From: Anaerolineaceae bacterium | GTDB taxonomy: Bacteria; Chloroflexota; Anaerolineae; Aggregatilineales; Phototrophicaceae | DNA: 64,000 nt | Direction of reading: 5' to 3' | Assembly: GCA_020634135.1 (NCBI GenBank) | Contig: JACKCG010000007.1 | Coordinates: 81,550-145,549 of the forward strand | Shown here: one piece after another, positions 38,436 through 47,247 of the stretch | Position numbering within the stretch: position 1 is the first letter of the stretch | Layout of the letters: each line of letters opens with the position of its first letter | The notes under the pieces: generated by a model | What the model was told of the DNA's origin: nothing | What the model saw: only the letters and a program-made list of their open reading frames with translations | Databases searched by the model: none | Translations under genes and position numbers: made by a program

Positions 38436-39641
38436 TTACTTTTGCAGCAGCGCCGGGAGCAGAGCGTACCACTCCGTCGCCCGCACCACATCATCCAGCG
38501 GCACCTGGTCAATCACCGTATGCGCGTGAATTTCATCTCCCGGCCCAAAACCAATGCTTGGGATACCGGCTTTACCCATCCAGTAAATACCATTGGTCGA
38601 GAAATCCCACTTTCCAGTCGGTGTCGGATCACCCCACAGCAGTTTCCCGGCCTGCACCCCGGCTTGTACATATGGATTCTCTTCGGGCAGCGCCCAGGCA
38701 GGAAAGATTTTATCTACCGGGAATACAAATCCGGTGTAGCTGGGATCATCGTAAAACAGGATTGATGCTTCAATATCCTTACGATCCCCAATCAGACGCT
38801 GGATGCGTTCGAGTTCGGCCTGCGGTTCTTCGCCAAATGTCACGCGGCGGTCAATGTAGATCAGGGCTTCATCGGGCACGGCGTTGATGCTCGGCGTCTT
38901 GACGTGCATATCCGTCACCGTGATGCGGCCATGCCCCAGGAACGGGTCGTCGCCCAGTTCCGGCTCAAGTTTACTGATGCCTTCAATCACCGGCAGCAGC
39001 TTGTAGATAGCATTATCCCCCAGGAAGTTGCTGGCGGCGTGGGCGCTCTTGCCCTTCGCAACCACCTGCATCTCAACGCGGCCTTTATGCCCCCGGTAGA
39101 CCTGCATCTTGGTCGGTTCACCGATCACCACGAAATCCGGGCGCAATCCTTCCGCTTCAACCAGCGCGTGTGGCGCGATGCCGTCGCACCATTCCTCCAT
39201 ATTGCCAAAGTAATAGCCGGTCACGCCTTCCAGCAGGCCGAGTTCCTTCGCCAGCGCCAGCCCGTAGATCATGCCGGGCGTGCTGCCCTTCTCGTCACAC
39301 GCGCCGCGTGCGAAAAAGACGCCATTTTCAACCTTACCCTGGAAAGGGTCCCAGTCCCAGCTATCCGGGTCGCCAATCCCGACCGTGTCAATGTGGCTGT
39401 CATAAAGCAGCTTAACCGGGCCATCCCCGATTTTGCCGACAACATTGCCCATCTGGTCGAACCACACGTCGTCAAAGCCGAGTTTCTTCATTTCAGCTTC
39501 GGCGCGTTCCCCTACTGCGCGAATCTGACTGTCATAGCTGGGGATAGCGCACAACTCTTTTAAAAAGGTGATGATATCCTCGCGCTGCGCCGCCACGCGG
39601 GATTTAATTGTTTCTATACTTTGCGGACTAACCATCTTCAA
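38436..39641 (-). CDS. ygeY: YgeY-family M20 metallohydrolase
   Basis: LYDSHIDTV, RGACDEKG and EEW...G motifs of M20 peptidases. Context with ygeW, ssnA and yqeB/C. Confidence 0.82.
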   Translation of the reverse strand: MKMVSPQSIETIKSRVAAQREDIITFLKELCAIPSYDSQIRAVGERAEAEMKKLGFDDVWFDQMGNVVGKIGDGPVKLLYDSHIDTVGIGDPDSWDWDPFQGKVENGVFFARGACDEKGSTPGMIYGLALAKELGLLEGVTGYYFGNMEEWCDGIAPHALVEAEGLRPDFVVIGEPTKMQVYRGHKGRVEMQVVAKGKSAHAASNFLGDNAIYKLLPVIEGISKLEPELGDDPFLGHGRITVTDMHVKTPSINAVPDEALIYIDRRVTFGEEPQAELERIQRLIGDRKDIEASILFYDDPSYTGFVFPVDKIFPAWALPEENPYVQAGVQAGKLLWGDPTPTGKWDFSTNGIYWMGKAGIPSIGFGPGDEIHAHTVIDQVPLDDVVRATEWYALLPALLQK

Positions 39642-39722
39642 TCTCTTTCTCTCTGTCTAGTTACACCGGGGCATTATATATCACATCACTGCGCCGAGTG
39701 TAGGCCACACACAACCACTTCC

Positions 39723-41447
39723 TTACACAAACAATTCAACCATCTTGAATTGCTCAACATCCACCAGCCCCAAATCAGTCAGTTTAAGTTTAGGGATCAC
39801 CTCCAGCGCCATGAAACTCATTGCCATGAATGGATCGTGCATGGTGCTGCCTAACGCCTGTGCCTGTCGCGTAAGCGCATCATAATCGTGCCGCACATCA
39901 TCCAGCGGGCGTTCGCTCATCAGACCGGCCACCGGCAGCGACAGCTCGCCTAATACCTGATCGCCATCCACCGCAACCAGGCCACCGCGAATATCCACCA
40001 CGGCCTGCACTGCCCGGCGCATACTGGCATCATCCACACCGATGACCACCAGGTTATGGTGGTCATGGGCCACCGTTCCGGCAATCGCGCCGCGCTTGAG
40101 ACCAAATCCCTTGATAAATCCTTTGCCTATCCCGCCCGTAGCCCGGTGGCGCTCGACCACCGCCATTTTCAGTATGTCGCGTTCGGGGTCGGATACCGCC
40201 AGGCCATCCACAATCCGCGCATCTTCGACAACATGACCGGTCACAACCTGGTCGCCCACCGCACCAATCACCCGAATCCGGCTGGTCTGAGCGGGGATTG
40301 CGAAGTCCAGCGAATCAAGGCGGACGTTCATTGAACTGCGCAGGTCTATCGGGCGCAAGGGGGTTTTCTCGGTGAGCATTTTGCCGTTTTCAGCCACCAG
40401 TTTACCGCCCCGGAAGACCATCTCAGGACGCAGGTTGAGCATGTCGCTGAATACCACGATGTCGGCTCGCTTCCCCGGCGCAATCACGCCATGCTCGTGT
40501 AATCCGAAGTATTGCGCCGTGTTAAGCGTCCCCATGCGAATTGCCATCACGGGATCAATCCCCTCCGCAATAGCCGTCCGTACCATATAATCAATCGAAC
40601 CATCATCAATCAGGCTGGCTGGAACACGGTCATCGGTACAGAAGCACAGGCGGGTATGATTTTCCGGCGTCACCAGCGGCAGCAGCGGGCGCAGATTACG
40701 TGTGGTCGTCCCTTCACGGATAAACACTGTCAATCCCAGGCGCAGTTTTTCCAGCGCCTCTTCGACCGTGGTGCATTCGTGTTCGCTGCCGATTCCCGTA
40801 GAAACATAAGCATTGAGTTCCTTACCGGTCAGTGCCGGGCAATGGCCGTCGAGCACCATTTTTCCAAACAATGCGATCTTATCCAGCATCCCTTCGTCGC
40901 CGTAGACAACACCGGGATAATTCATCACCTCTGCCAGTCCCAGCACCCAATTGTGGTTGACAAGCTGGGCTAAATCCTCAGCCTCCAACCGTGCCCCACT
41001 GGTTTCCATATGTGTCGCCGGCACACAGCTCGATGCCATCACATACATGCTCATCGGGCCGTTCTTGGCCCGTTCGAGCATGAAACGAATCCCTTCCAGC
41101 CCCAGCACATTCGCAATTTCATGAGGATCCGTAATCACGGTTGTGACACCATGTGTCAGCACCGCGCGGGAAAATTCGGGCGGGGTACACAGACTGCTTT
41201 CGATATGCACATGGGCATCAATAAAGCCAGGGCATACATATCGCCCGCCCAGATCAATTTCCTGATGGGCGTTGTAGCCCGCTCCTATCGCCGCGATGTG
41301 CGAACCCTGTATTAAGATGTCTGTCGGGTAGATTTCGCCCGTCCACACATTCACCAGGCGGGCATTCCGCAATGCCAGCGTGGCTGGCTGTTCACCGCGC
41401 GCGACAACCAACCGGTCAACCAGCGTCATATTCACTATCCCTTTCAA
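39723..41447 (-). CDS. ade: Adenine deaminase
   Basis: PGFIDAHVHIESS, VITDPHEIANV and a ~570-aa two-domain architecture. Confidence 0.9.
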   Translation of the reverse strand: MKGIVNMTLVDRLVVARGEQPATLALRNARLVNVWTGEIYPTDILIQGSHIAAIGAGYNAHQEIDLGGRYVCPGFIDAHVHIESSLCTPPEFSRAVLTHGVTTVITDPHEIANVLGLEGIRFMLERAKNGPMSMYVMASSCVPATHMETSGARLEAEDLAQLVNHNWVLGLAEVMNYPGVVYGDEGMLDKIALFGKMVLDGHCPALTGKELNAYVSTGIGSEHECTTVEEALEKLRLGLTVFIREGTTTRNLRPLLPLVTPENHTRLCFCTDDRVPASLIDDGSIDYMVRTAIAEGIDPVMAIRMGTLNTAQYFGLHEHGVIAPGKRADIVVFSDMLNLRPEMVFRGGKLVAENGKMLTEKTPLRPIDLRSSMNVRLDSLDFAIPAQTSRIRVIGAVGDQVVTGHVVEDARIVDGLAVSDPERDILKMAVVERHRATGGIGKGFIKGFGLKRGAIAGTVAHDHHNLVVIGVDDASMRRAVQAVVDIRGGLVAVDGDQVLGELSLPVAGLMSERPLDDVRHDYDALTRQAQALGSTMHDPFMAMSFMALEVIPKLKLTDLGLVDVEQFKMVELFV

Positions 41448-42336
41448 TTACCAGCATGTCTACTTCTGCTATTGGATTCTGTATGACCCACACCGGGTCC
41501 TGCATATAGCGCTTTCGCACCCGGTTTACGTACCACGAGTCTAACTCGACCAATGGGGCATTTCGGGCAGTAATCCATTCCGCTTCATCAAGCGGCTCGC
41601 CCTCCTCAATTGAAGCCGCAAAAACAAGTTCAAGCTCCCCTTGTTCGACATCCTGCCACAGACCAACCCACTGTAAATCGGGTCGCAATCCGCACAAATC
41701 ATTAATCCGCTGTGACAACTCGCCCCAGGGGGATTGTGAACCAGCACATGGTACGCGCGGCAGCACACACTGCCGCCCGGTGGGCAGTGTCAGAATGCGG
41801 CGGTGGTCTTCGTCCCACAAAACCGCAACCGCTCGCACAGTGAAGCGGGGGTAGCGCGGCTCTGGATGACCGGAAAGCAGGTTCTTAACCCATCGCCAGC
41901 GCAATCTCGATTTCATTCGCCGTAGTTCGTCAGGTGGCGTCTCGATGACACGTGGAGCGGGGCGCACGTCGGAGATGGCGTCAAACAGCATCCATTCCCA
42001 CGATAAGTCATCCGGTAGGGCACGCAGATCAAAAAACGTATTTTCACGTGTTTCGTGGGTCGCCTGCTGCAATTCACCCCCCAACACCCAACCGGAATAC
42101 AGTATGTTCAGGCGATCCCAGCCGGCCCAGTAATAAAGACCAACCGGCTGGTCGAGATGGGCGACGACGCCCGTTTCCTCGCGCACTTCGCGCACGGCTG
42201 CCGCTGCCAGCGGCTCACCCCTATCCAGCCGGCCACCGGGCAGATTCCAGATATTGAGATCACCCCGGCGAGAGAGCAGGATACGACCATCGTCATCCAG
42301 TACAGCGCAGTTGACTCCCAGGCGCAGAAACGTCAC
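41416..42336 (-). CDS. Tandem-domain NUDIX hydrolase
   Basis: Canonical Nudix box GGRLDRGEPLAAAAVREVREETGV in the N-terminal half. The C-terminal half has a Nudix-like beta-grasp pattern without the catalytic box. Confidence 0.82.
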   Translation of the reverse strand: MTFLRLGVNCAVLDDDGRILLSRRGDLNIWNLPGGRLDRGEPLAAAAVREVREETGVVAHLDQPVGLYYWAGWDRLNILYSGWVLGGELQQATHETRENTFFDLRALPDDLSWEWMLFDAISDVRPAPRVIETPPDELRRMKSRLRWRWVKNLLSGHPEPRYPRFTVRAVAVLWDEDHRRILTLPTGRQCVLPRVPCAGSQSPWGELSQRINDLCGLRPDLQWVGLWQDVEQGELELVFAASIEEGEPLDEAEWITARNAPLVELDSWYVNRVRKRYMQDPVWVIQNPIAEVDMLVIERDSEYDAG

Positions 42337-42348
42337 AGGACTGCCCCG

Positions 42349-43704
42349 CTAACCCATTCCATCAATCAGACTGCGCGAAAGGCCGTTATGTCGCTCGACC
42401 AGAACCGGCAGATCATCCGTGAGCAGCACGCCATCCCGCACCGTCACCCGCCCATTGATAATAGACAAATCCACAGCGGGTGACTGGCCGAATACCAGCC
42501 CGGCCACCGGGTCATGCAGCGCCCCGGCAAATCCCACCGTATCCAACCGGAAAGCTACCAGGTCAGCAGCCATGCCAGGTGCAAGCGCACCCACATCATC
42601 ACGTCCCAGGACAGCAGCACCGCCCAACGTCGCAATTTCCAGGGCTTCGCGGGCGGAAAGCCCAGCGGGATCCCCCATCACCCGTTGCAAGAGCATCGCC
42701 TGACGCGCTTCGTTCAGAAGATGTCCGGCATCATTGGAAGCAGAACCATCCACACCCAGGCCAACCGGCACCCGCGCATCCAGCATCTTCCGCACCGGGG
42801 CAATACCGGAGGCCAACCGCATATTCGAGTTCGGACAGTGGCAAACGCCGGTATGTGTGCGAGCAAACAGTCCGATTTCACTGTCATCCAACTGAACACA
42901 ATGGGCGTGCCAGACATCATCTCCCACCCAACCAACATCCTGAGCATAATCGCCCGGACGGTAACCGAACGTTTCCAGGCTGTAGGCTACATCATTCACA
43001 TTTTCCGCCAGATGGGTGTGCAGGTGGACGCCATAGCTGCGGGCGAGGGCTGCTGCTTCACGCATTAAATCCTGGGTCACACTGAACGGCGAACACGGCG
43101 CGACGACGACGCGAAGCATGGCGTGGCGGTTAGCGTCGTGATACTGCTCGATCACCCGGCGCGTATCGCGCAGAATCTCGGCCTCGCTCTCAACAACGCT
43201 ATCCGGCGGTAGACCGCCCTGGCTTTCGCCCAGACTCATTGAGCCACGAGCTGCATGAAATCGCATCCCCATTTCCTGGGCAGCCCGGATTTCATCATCC
43301 AGCCTGACATCATTGGGGAAAATATACAGATGATCGCTGGAAGTTGTGCAGCCGGAAAGCATCAGCTCAGCCATCGCGAGTTTAGCGGAGACATACACCA
43401 TCTCGCCCGTCAGGCGACTCCAGACCGGATAGAGTGTTTTGAGCCAGCCGAACAACTCGACATCCTGCGCCAGCACACGGGTCAGACTCTGATACATGTG
43501 GTGGTGTGTGTTGATGAGGCCGGGTAAGACAATGTGACGCGATAAGTCGAACACCTCACCGGGCGCTTCGGCGGGCATATCCCCCAATAAACCCACCGCT
43601 TCAATAACGTTATCACGGATAAACACCGCGCCGTTTGCGATCTCGCGGCGGGCAGAGTCCATCGTGACAAGTGTATGGATGTTTTTCAACAGGATTGTGT
43701 GCAT
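42349..43704 (-). CDS. 8-oxoguanine deaminase-like amidohydrolase (COG0402 group)
   Basis: LPGLINTHHHMYQSLTR, WLKTLYPVW, APCSPFSV, HTHLAEN, CHCPNSNMRLASG and GVDGSASND. The ATG at 43704 has an AAAGGAG SD 5 nt upstream. Confidence 0.78.
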   Translation of the reverse strand: MHTILLKNIHTLVTMDSARREIANGAVFIRDNVIEAVGLLGDMPAEAPGEVFDLSRHIVLPGLINTHHHMYQSLTRVLAQDVELFGWLKTLYPVWSRLTGEMVYVSAKLAMAELMLSGCTTSSDHLYIFPNDVRLDDEIRAAQEMGMRFHAARGSMSLGESQGGLPPDSVVESEAEILRDTRRVIEQYHDANRHAMLRVVVAPCSPFSVTQDLMREAAALARSYGVHLHTHLAENVNDVAYSLETFGYRPGDYAQDVGWVGDDVWHAHCVQLDDSEIGLFARTHTGVCHCPNSNMRLASGIAPVRKMLDARVPVGLGVDGSASNDAGHLLNEARQAMLLQRVMGDPAGLSAREALEIATLGGAAVLGRDDVGALAPGMAADLVAFRLDTVGFAGALHDPVAGLVFGQSPAVDLSIINGRVTVRDGVLLTDDLPVLVERHNGLSRSLIDGMG

Positions 43705-43822
43705 CAGAACTCCTTTGTGGTAGAGGGAGTGTAGCACGCCGGGAAAATGTTCACAAGCAGGCCAACGGGCAAACCGCCCAATGCTCTGCCCGCCCTTTTG
43801 TTTCGTCCTGATTTAGTGTAGA

Positions 43823-44314
43823 TTGGGTATACTGAGAGTCGTGACGGAGCGCAAATTGGCCGCAAAAACACCGCCAGAAACCACGCCACAGCCAGAAAAG
43901 CGCAAGCGTACTACCGGCCAGCTTTCCGGTTTGCAGATTATGTTTGCTGCTATCCTGGCAATCGGGCTGATTCTGGCGATTAACTTCAGTTCACGTATTA
44001 CCGCTGCCCAGCCCCTCCAGCAGCTGTACGCTCAGGTATCCGGCGAAATCGAACGCCTCAGGCAGGAACAGGGCGACCTGATCGCCGAGCGCGATTATGT
44101 GCAGAGCGACGCCTACGTGGAGTCCTGGGCGCGGGACGCCGGAAAAATGGTACGTCCCGGCGAAATCCTGGTCATCCCCAAACCCGCTGAAATCGGCACT
44201 GAGCCGACTCCAGTACCACCGCCGGACATCCCTCTGGAAATCGCGCCACCGGAACCGGACACCTGGCAGGTATGGTGGGCACTGTTCTTCGATAGTCCCC
44301 CACCGAAGTTCTAA
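43823..44314 (+). CDS. Septum formation initiator (FtsB/DivIC-like) protein
   Basis: One TM, then a coiled coil (LQQLYAQVSGEIERLRQEQGDL) and a YVESWARDAGKMVRPGE tail. The start is ambiguous (TTG 43823 or GTG 43841). Confidence 0.68.
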   Translation: MGILRVVTERKLAAKTPPETTPQPEKRKRTTGQLSGLQIMFAAILAIGLILAINFSSRITAAQPLQQLYAQVSGEIERLRQEQGDLIAERDYVQSDAYVESWARDAGKMVRPGEILVIPKPAEIGTEPTPVPPPDIPLEIAPPEPDTWQVWWALFFDSPPPKF

Positions 44315-44322
44315 GCAAAACA

Positions 44323-44349
44323 AAAAACCTGCCATTGAGACAGGTTTTT
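44323..44349 (+). terminator. Rho-independent terminator
   Basis: AAAAACCTG / CAGGTTTTT stem with a 9-nt loop and a T-run. Confidence 0.7.
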
Positions 44350-44381
44350 GCATATAGAGCATTCATTTCCTGAGTTCTTAG

Positions 44382-44454
44382 TGGGCAGTACAGGACTTGA
44401 ACCTGTAACCGCGCGGATGTAAACCGCGTGCTCTGCCAATTGAGCTAACTGCCC
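44382..44454 (-). tRNA. tRNA-Val (anticodon TAC)
   Basis: Manual cloverleaf: acceptor GGGCAGT/ACTGCCC, D stem GCTC/GAGC, anticodon stem CGCGG/CCGCG with loop TTTACAT, T stem ACAGG/CCTGT with loop TTCAAGT. CCA is not encoded. Confidence 0.9.
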
Positions 44455-44560
44455 TTAATGACTCAGATTTTACATGAGCCACTCCGGTTTATCAATACCA
44501 GCGTACTCCCGAATCGCGCCGAATACATACCGCACAAGGATCGTCCAGTGCCAAACCACT

Positions 44561-45115
44561 CTACATGCGCGGCAAGGTAACACCGGTCTGTCCCTGATAC
44601 TTGCCCTTCTTGTCGGCGTAGGATGTTTCGCACTCTTCGTCTCCCTCGAAAAATAACACCTGCGCGATCCCTTCGTTCGCATAAACCTTTGCGGGCAGTG
44701 GTGTCGTGTTGCTGATTTCCAGTGTCACATACCCTTCCCACTGCGGCTCAAAGGGAGTCACATTCACGATCAACCCGCAGCGAGCGTAGGTGGATTTACC
44801 CAGGCAGACCGTCAACACGCTGCGCGGAATGCGGAAATACTCCATCGAGCGTGCCAGGGCAAACGAATTGGGCGGAATCACGCACACATCACCTTTGAAA
44901 TCCACAAATGAATTGGGAGCGAACTCCTTCGGGTCAACAATCGCGTTATACACATTGGTGAACACTTTGAATTCGTCCGCCACGCGCATATCATAACCAT
45001 AACTGGAAACACCGTAGCTAATCACCCCCTGGCGCACCTGGTTTTCCACAAACGGCTCAATCATGCCGTGTTCCAATGCCATCTTGCGAATCCAATGATC
45101 GGGTTTAAGTCCCAT
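44561..45115 (-). CDS. dcd: dCTP deaminase
   Basis: [19 protein letters not shown] and [22 protein letters not shown]. The ATG at 45115 has AGGAG 8 nt upstream. Confidence 0.92.
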   Translation of the reverse strand: MGLKPDHWIRKMALEHGMIEPFVENQVRQGVISYGVSSYGYDMRVADEFKVFTNVYNAIVDPKEFAPNSFVDFKGDVCVIPPNSFALARSMEYFRIPRSVLTVCLGKSTYARCGLIVNVTPFEPQWEGYVTLEISNTTPLPAKVYANEGIAQVLFFEGDEECETSYADKKGKYQGQTGVTLPRM

Positions 45116-45218
45116 GCCCGCACTCCTGTTCTTAGGATCAACCAACACGACCATTGTACACAGATTCAGAAATTAAAAAGAGCCGTCACCGGCCCTCTCT
45201 GCGCACAGAAACATGCGA

Positions 45219-45926
45219 CTAAACGTGCTCAATCGGCATCCGGTAGCCCTGCCCCGGCACCGTGACGATATACGTCGGATGGCGTGGGTTTTTCTCAAGT
45301 TTCTGGCGTAACCGGGAGATGTTCACGCGCAGCACCGAATAATCCCCCTGATACTGCTCGCCCCATACACCCCGCAGCAAATCATCGTGCGTGACAATTT
45401 TCCCTGCGCTGCGCATCAGCGTTACGAGCAACCCATACTCAATCGGCGTCAGGTGCAGCCGCTGCCCACGTATGTAGGCCTGGCGGCGGGGAATATCCAG
45501 TTCGAGCTGCCGCACCACCAGCTTCGTCTCCGGCTGGGGCGTCCAGTCAATCCTCCGCAGCAGTGCCCCTATTCTGGCAACCAGCTCTTCTGGCGAGAAC
45601 GGTTTCGCCATATAGTCATCAGCGCCGGCTTCTAACGCCACCACCTTGTCGCGCTCTTTGGTAAACCCACTGAGTACAATCATCGGCAGAAAAGAGTGGC
45701 TGCGTACCTGCCGCAGCACTTCCAACCCATTAATATCTGGCAGGTTGATGTCCAGAAGCACCAGGTCAGGCATCATCGCGGCTATCTCTTGTAGTGCTTC
45801 CGTGCCACGTTCGACGGCAACGGCATTATACCCAGCCTCTTCAAGCACCGCGCAAACCACCTCAGCCGTATCATCATCGTCTTCTACGACTAGAACCTGC
45901 CGGTTAGGGGTATCCAACATTACCAT
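45219..45926 (-). CDS. OmpR/PhoB-type response regulator (no cognate kinase in window)
   Basis: Receiver domain (VLVVEDDDD...DLVLLDINLPD...K) plus a winged-helix C-terminus (LTPIEYGLLVTL...VPGQGYR). The ATG at 45926 is preceded by GGGGAAG. Confidence 0.88.
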   Translation of the reverse strand: MVMLDTPNRQVLVVEDDDDTAEVVCAVLEEAGYNAVAVERGTEALQEIAAMMPDLVLLDINLPDINGLEVLRQVRSHSFLPMIVLSGFTKERDKVVALEAGADDYMAKPFSPEELVARIGALLRRIDWTPQPETKLVVRQLELDIPRRQAYIRGQRLHLTPIEYGLLVTLMRSAGKIVTHDDLLRGVWGEQYQGDYSVLRVNISRLRQKLEKNPRHPTYIVTVPGQGYRMPIEHV

Positions 45927-46191
45927 GTAAACTTCCCCAGGGTACGATCTCACGACAAGAATCCACCAGGATGCCAGTTTGTATAGACTCGGACAAACGC
46001 CACCTGCCTGACCTAAAGTGAAAGATCATTACGCAAAGAAAACAATTACCAGACCAATTTGTAACAATCATAACGTAACTTGCCCACTCTGCGCAACATA
46101 CGCTCAGGGCATTCTGATATATTGCAGGCCCAAAACGGGAAATACCATGAACACAAGAGATGGGAATTACAGTTTTCTGTGATGAACGTGG

Positions 46192-47232
46192 CTACAAAGA
46201 CTGGACACCGGGTAAGCCAAGGATATGCACGACACTTCCGTCCGCCATTAGTGATTGCCCCGGAACTGCCAGCGGGAGTTTGACGACACCGATCCCAAGT
46301 ATTTCCCCCAACGGTGTTACAACACTGCTGGTAAGCATTCCGGCGGGCTTACCCTCGTAAGTCAGTTCGACAGGTGCCTCAGCCATTGCATCCAGCCGCA
46401 GGGTAACAATGGTTTTAGCAAGTCGCTGCCGGCTTTCCATACGGGCGAGAATCTCCTGCCCGGTATAACACCCCTTGCCGAAGCTCACTTCATCCCATAA
46501 TCCCAACTCAAGCGGAATATAGTTCGCCGTAAGCTCATGGCCGATTGCAGGGCGCCCGGCACGAATACGGATCGCGTTATAGGTTAGCGATCCGGCAGGA
46601 ATCAGACTGTACGCTGCCCCAACCTTGAGCAGCGCCGCCCATACCTGTTCCGCCATTTCGGAAGGAGTCACCAGTAACCAATGCGCTCCACTGACAGGTT
46701 TCCGCCGGACCATGAAAACGGGGACACCGGCTACCGTGACTTCCGCCCCATGAAACGACGTGAAAGCCGCAGCGCCGGGCAGCAGCGCGTCCGCTATCTG
46801 GTCAGACTCAGGGCCGTGCAGGACAAACTGGCGCGTTGTAGCGGTGAGGTCAACAAAATGCACCCGGTCATTATAAAAAACCTGCCGCTGGAGACTGGTC
46901 TGGAACGCCCCACCCTGCCCCGGCTCGGTCACCGCCAGCAGCCAATCGCCCCGGTTGTAGATAACGGCACGATGAATGACACGCCCGTTCGCATTCGTGA
47001 ACAATGTCGGACGACCAGTGTGCGCTGGCAAATCCATCAGGTCATTGGTGGCAATCCGCTGCAACCAATCCACCCGATCATCTCCGGCAATATGCAGTCT
47101 CCCCTCATGAGAGCGATCCATCACAACTGCCTTTTCCAGCGCGGCGTGATATTCTGCTCCCAGATCACCGTAATGCAGCGGAATGCCATCCTTGGCGAGA
47201 ACCGCACCATGTGCGAGGTGGAATCCTGTCAT
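46192..47232 (-). CDS. Folate-binding YgfZ/GcvT-family protein
   Basis: Aminomethyltransferase-like fold, with a KGCYTGQE motif characteristic of YgfZ/CAF17. Confidence 0.78.
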   Translation of the reverse strand: MTGFHLAHGAVLAKDGIPLHYGDLGAEYHAALEKAVVMDRSHEGRLHIAGDDRVDWLQRIATNDLMDLPAHTGRPTLFTNANGRVIHRAVIYNRGDWLLAVTEPGQGGAFQTSLQRQVFYNDRVHFVDLTATTRQFVLHGPESDQIADALLPGAAAFTSFHGAEVTVAGVPVFMVRRKPVSGAHWLLVTPSEMAEQVWAALLKVGAAYSLIPAGSLTYNAIRIRAGRPAIGHELTANYIPLELGLWDEVSFGKGCYTGQEILARMESRQRLAKTIVTLRLDAMAEAPVELTYEGKPAGMLTSSVVTPLGEILGIGVVKLPLAVPGQSLMADGSVVHILGLPGVQSL

Positions 47233-47247
47233 CTTTTCGCACCCTGC

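Noticed and set aside
12651-43704. Selenocysteine recoding (in-frame TGA) in the selenium-marker cluster
   Set aside because: No pair of adjacent same-frame ORFs separated by a single TGA was seen, and all cluster genes read through as intact ORFs. The family is thought to use a labile selenium cofactor rather than Sec.
43705-43822. Purine/xanthine riboswitch at the head of the purine island
   Set aside because: I could not find a three-way-junction purine aptamer core or any other recognisable riboswitch consensus. The region is short and looks like a divergent promoter.
43828-43843. TATACT -10 box, 7 nt before an in-frame GTG, suggesting a leaderless ftsB-like mRNA
   Set aside because: Leaderless translation normally needs AUG, no convincing -35 is present, and the TTG at 43823 is an equally arbitrary alternative. 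It is noted only as start-site uncertainty.
44382-44454. tRNA-Val as an integration hotspot for a genomic island
   Set aside because: There is no integrase, no duplicated tRNA 3' fragment and no phage or ICE genes on either side. The neighbours are housekeeping genes (ftsB-like, dcd).
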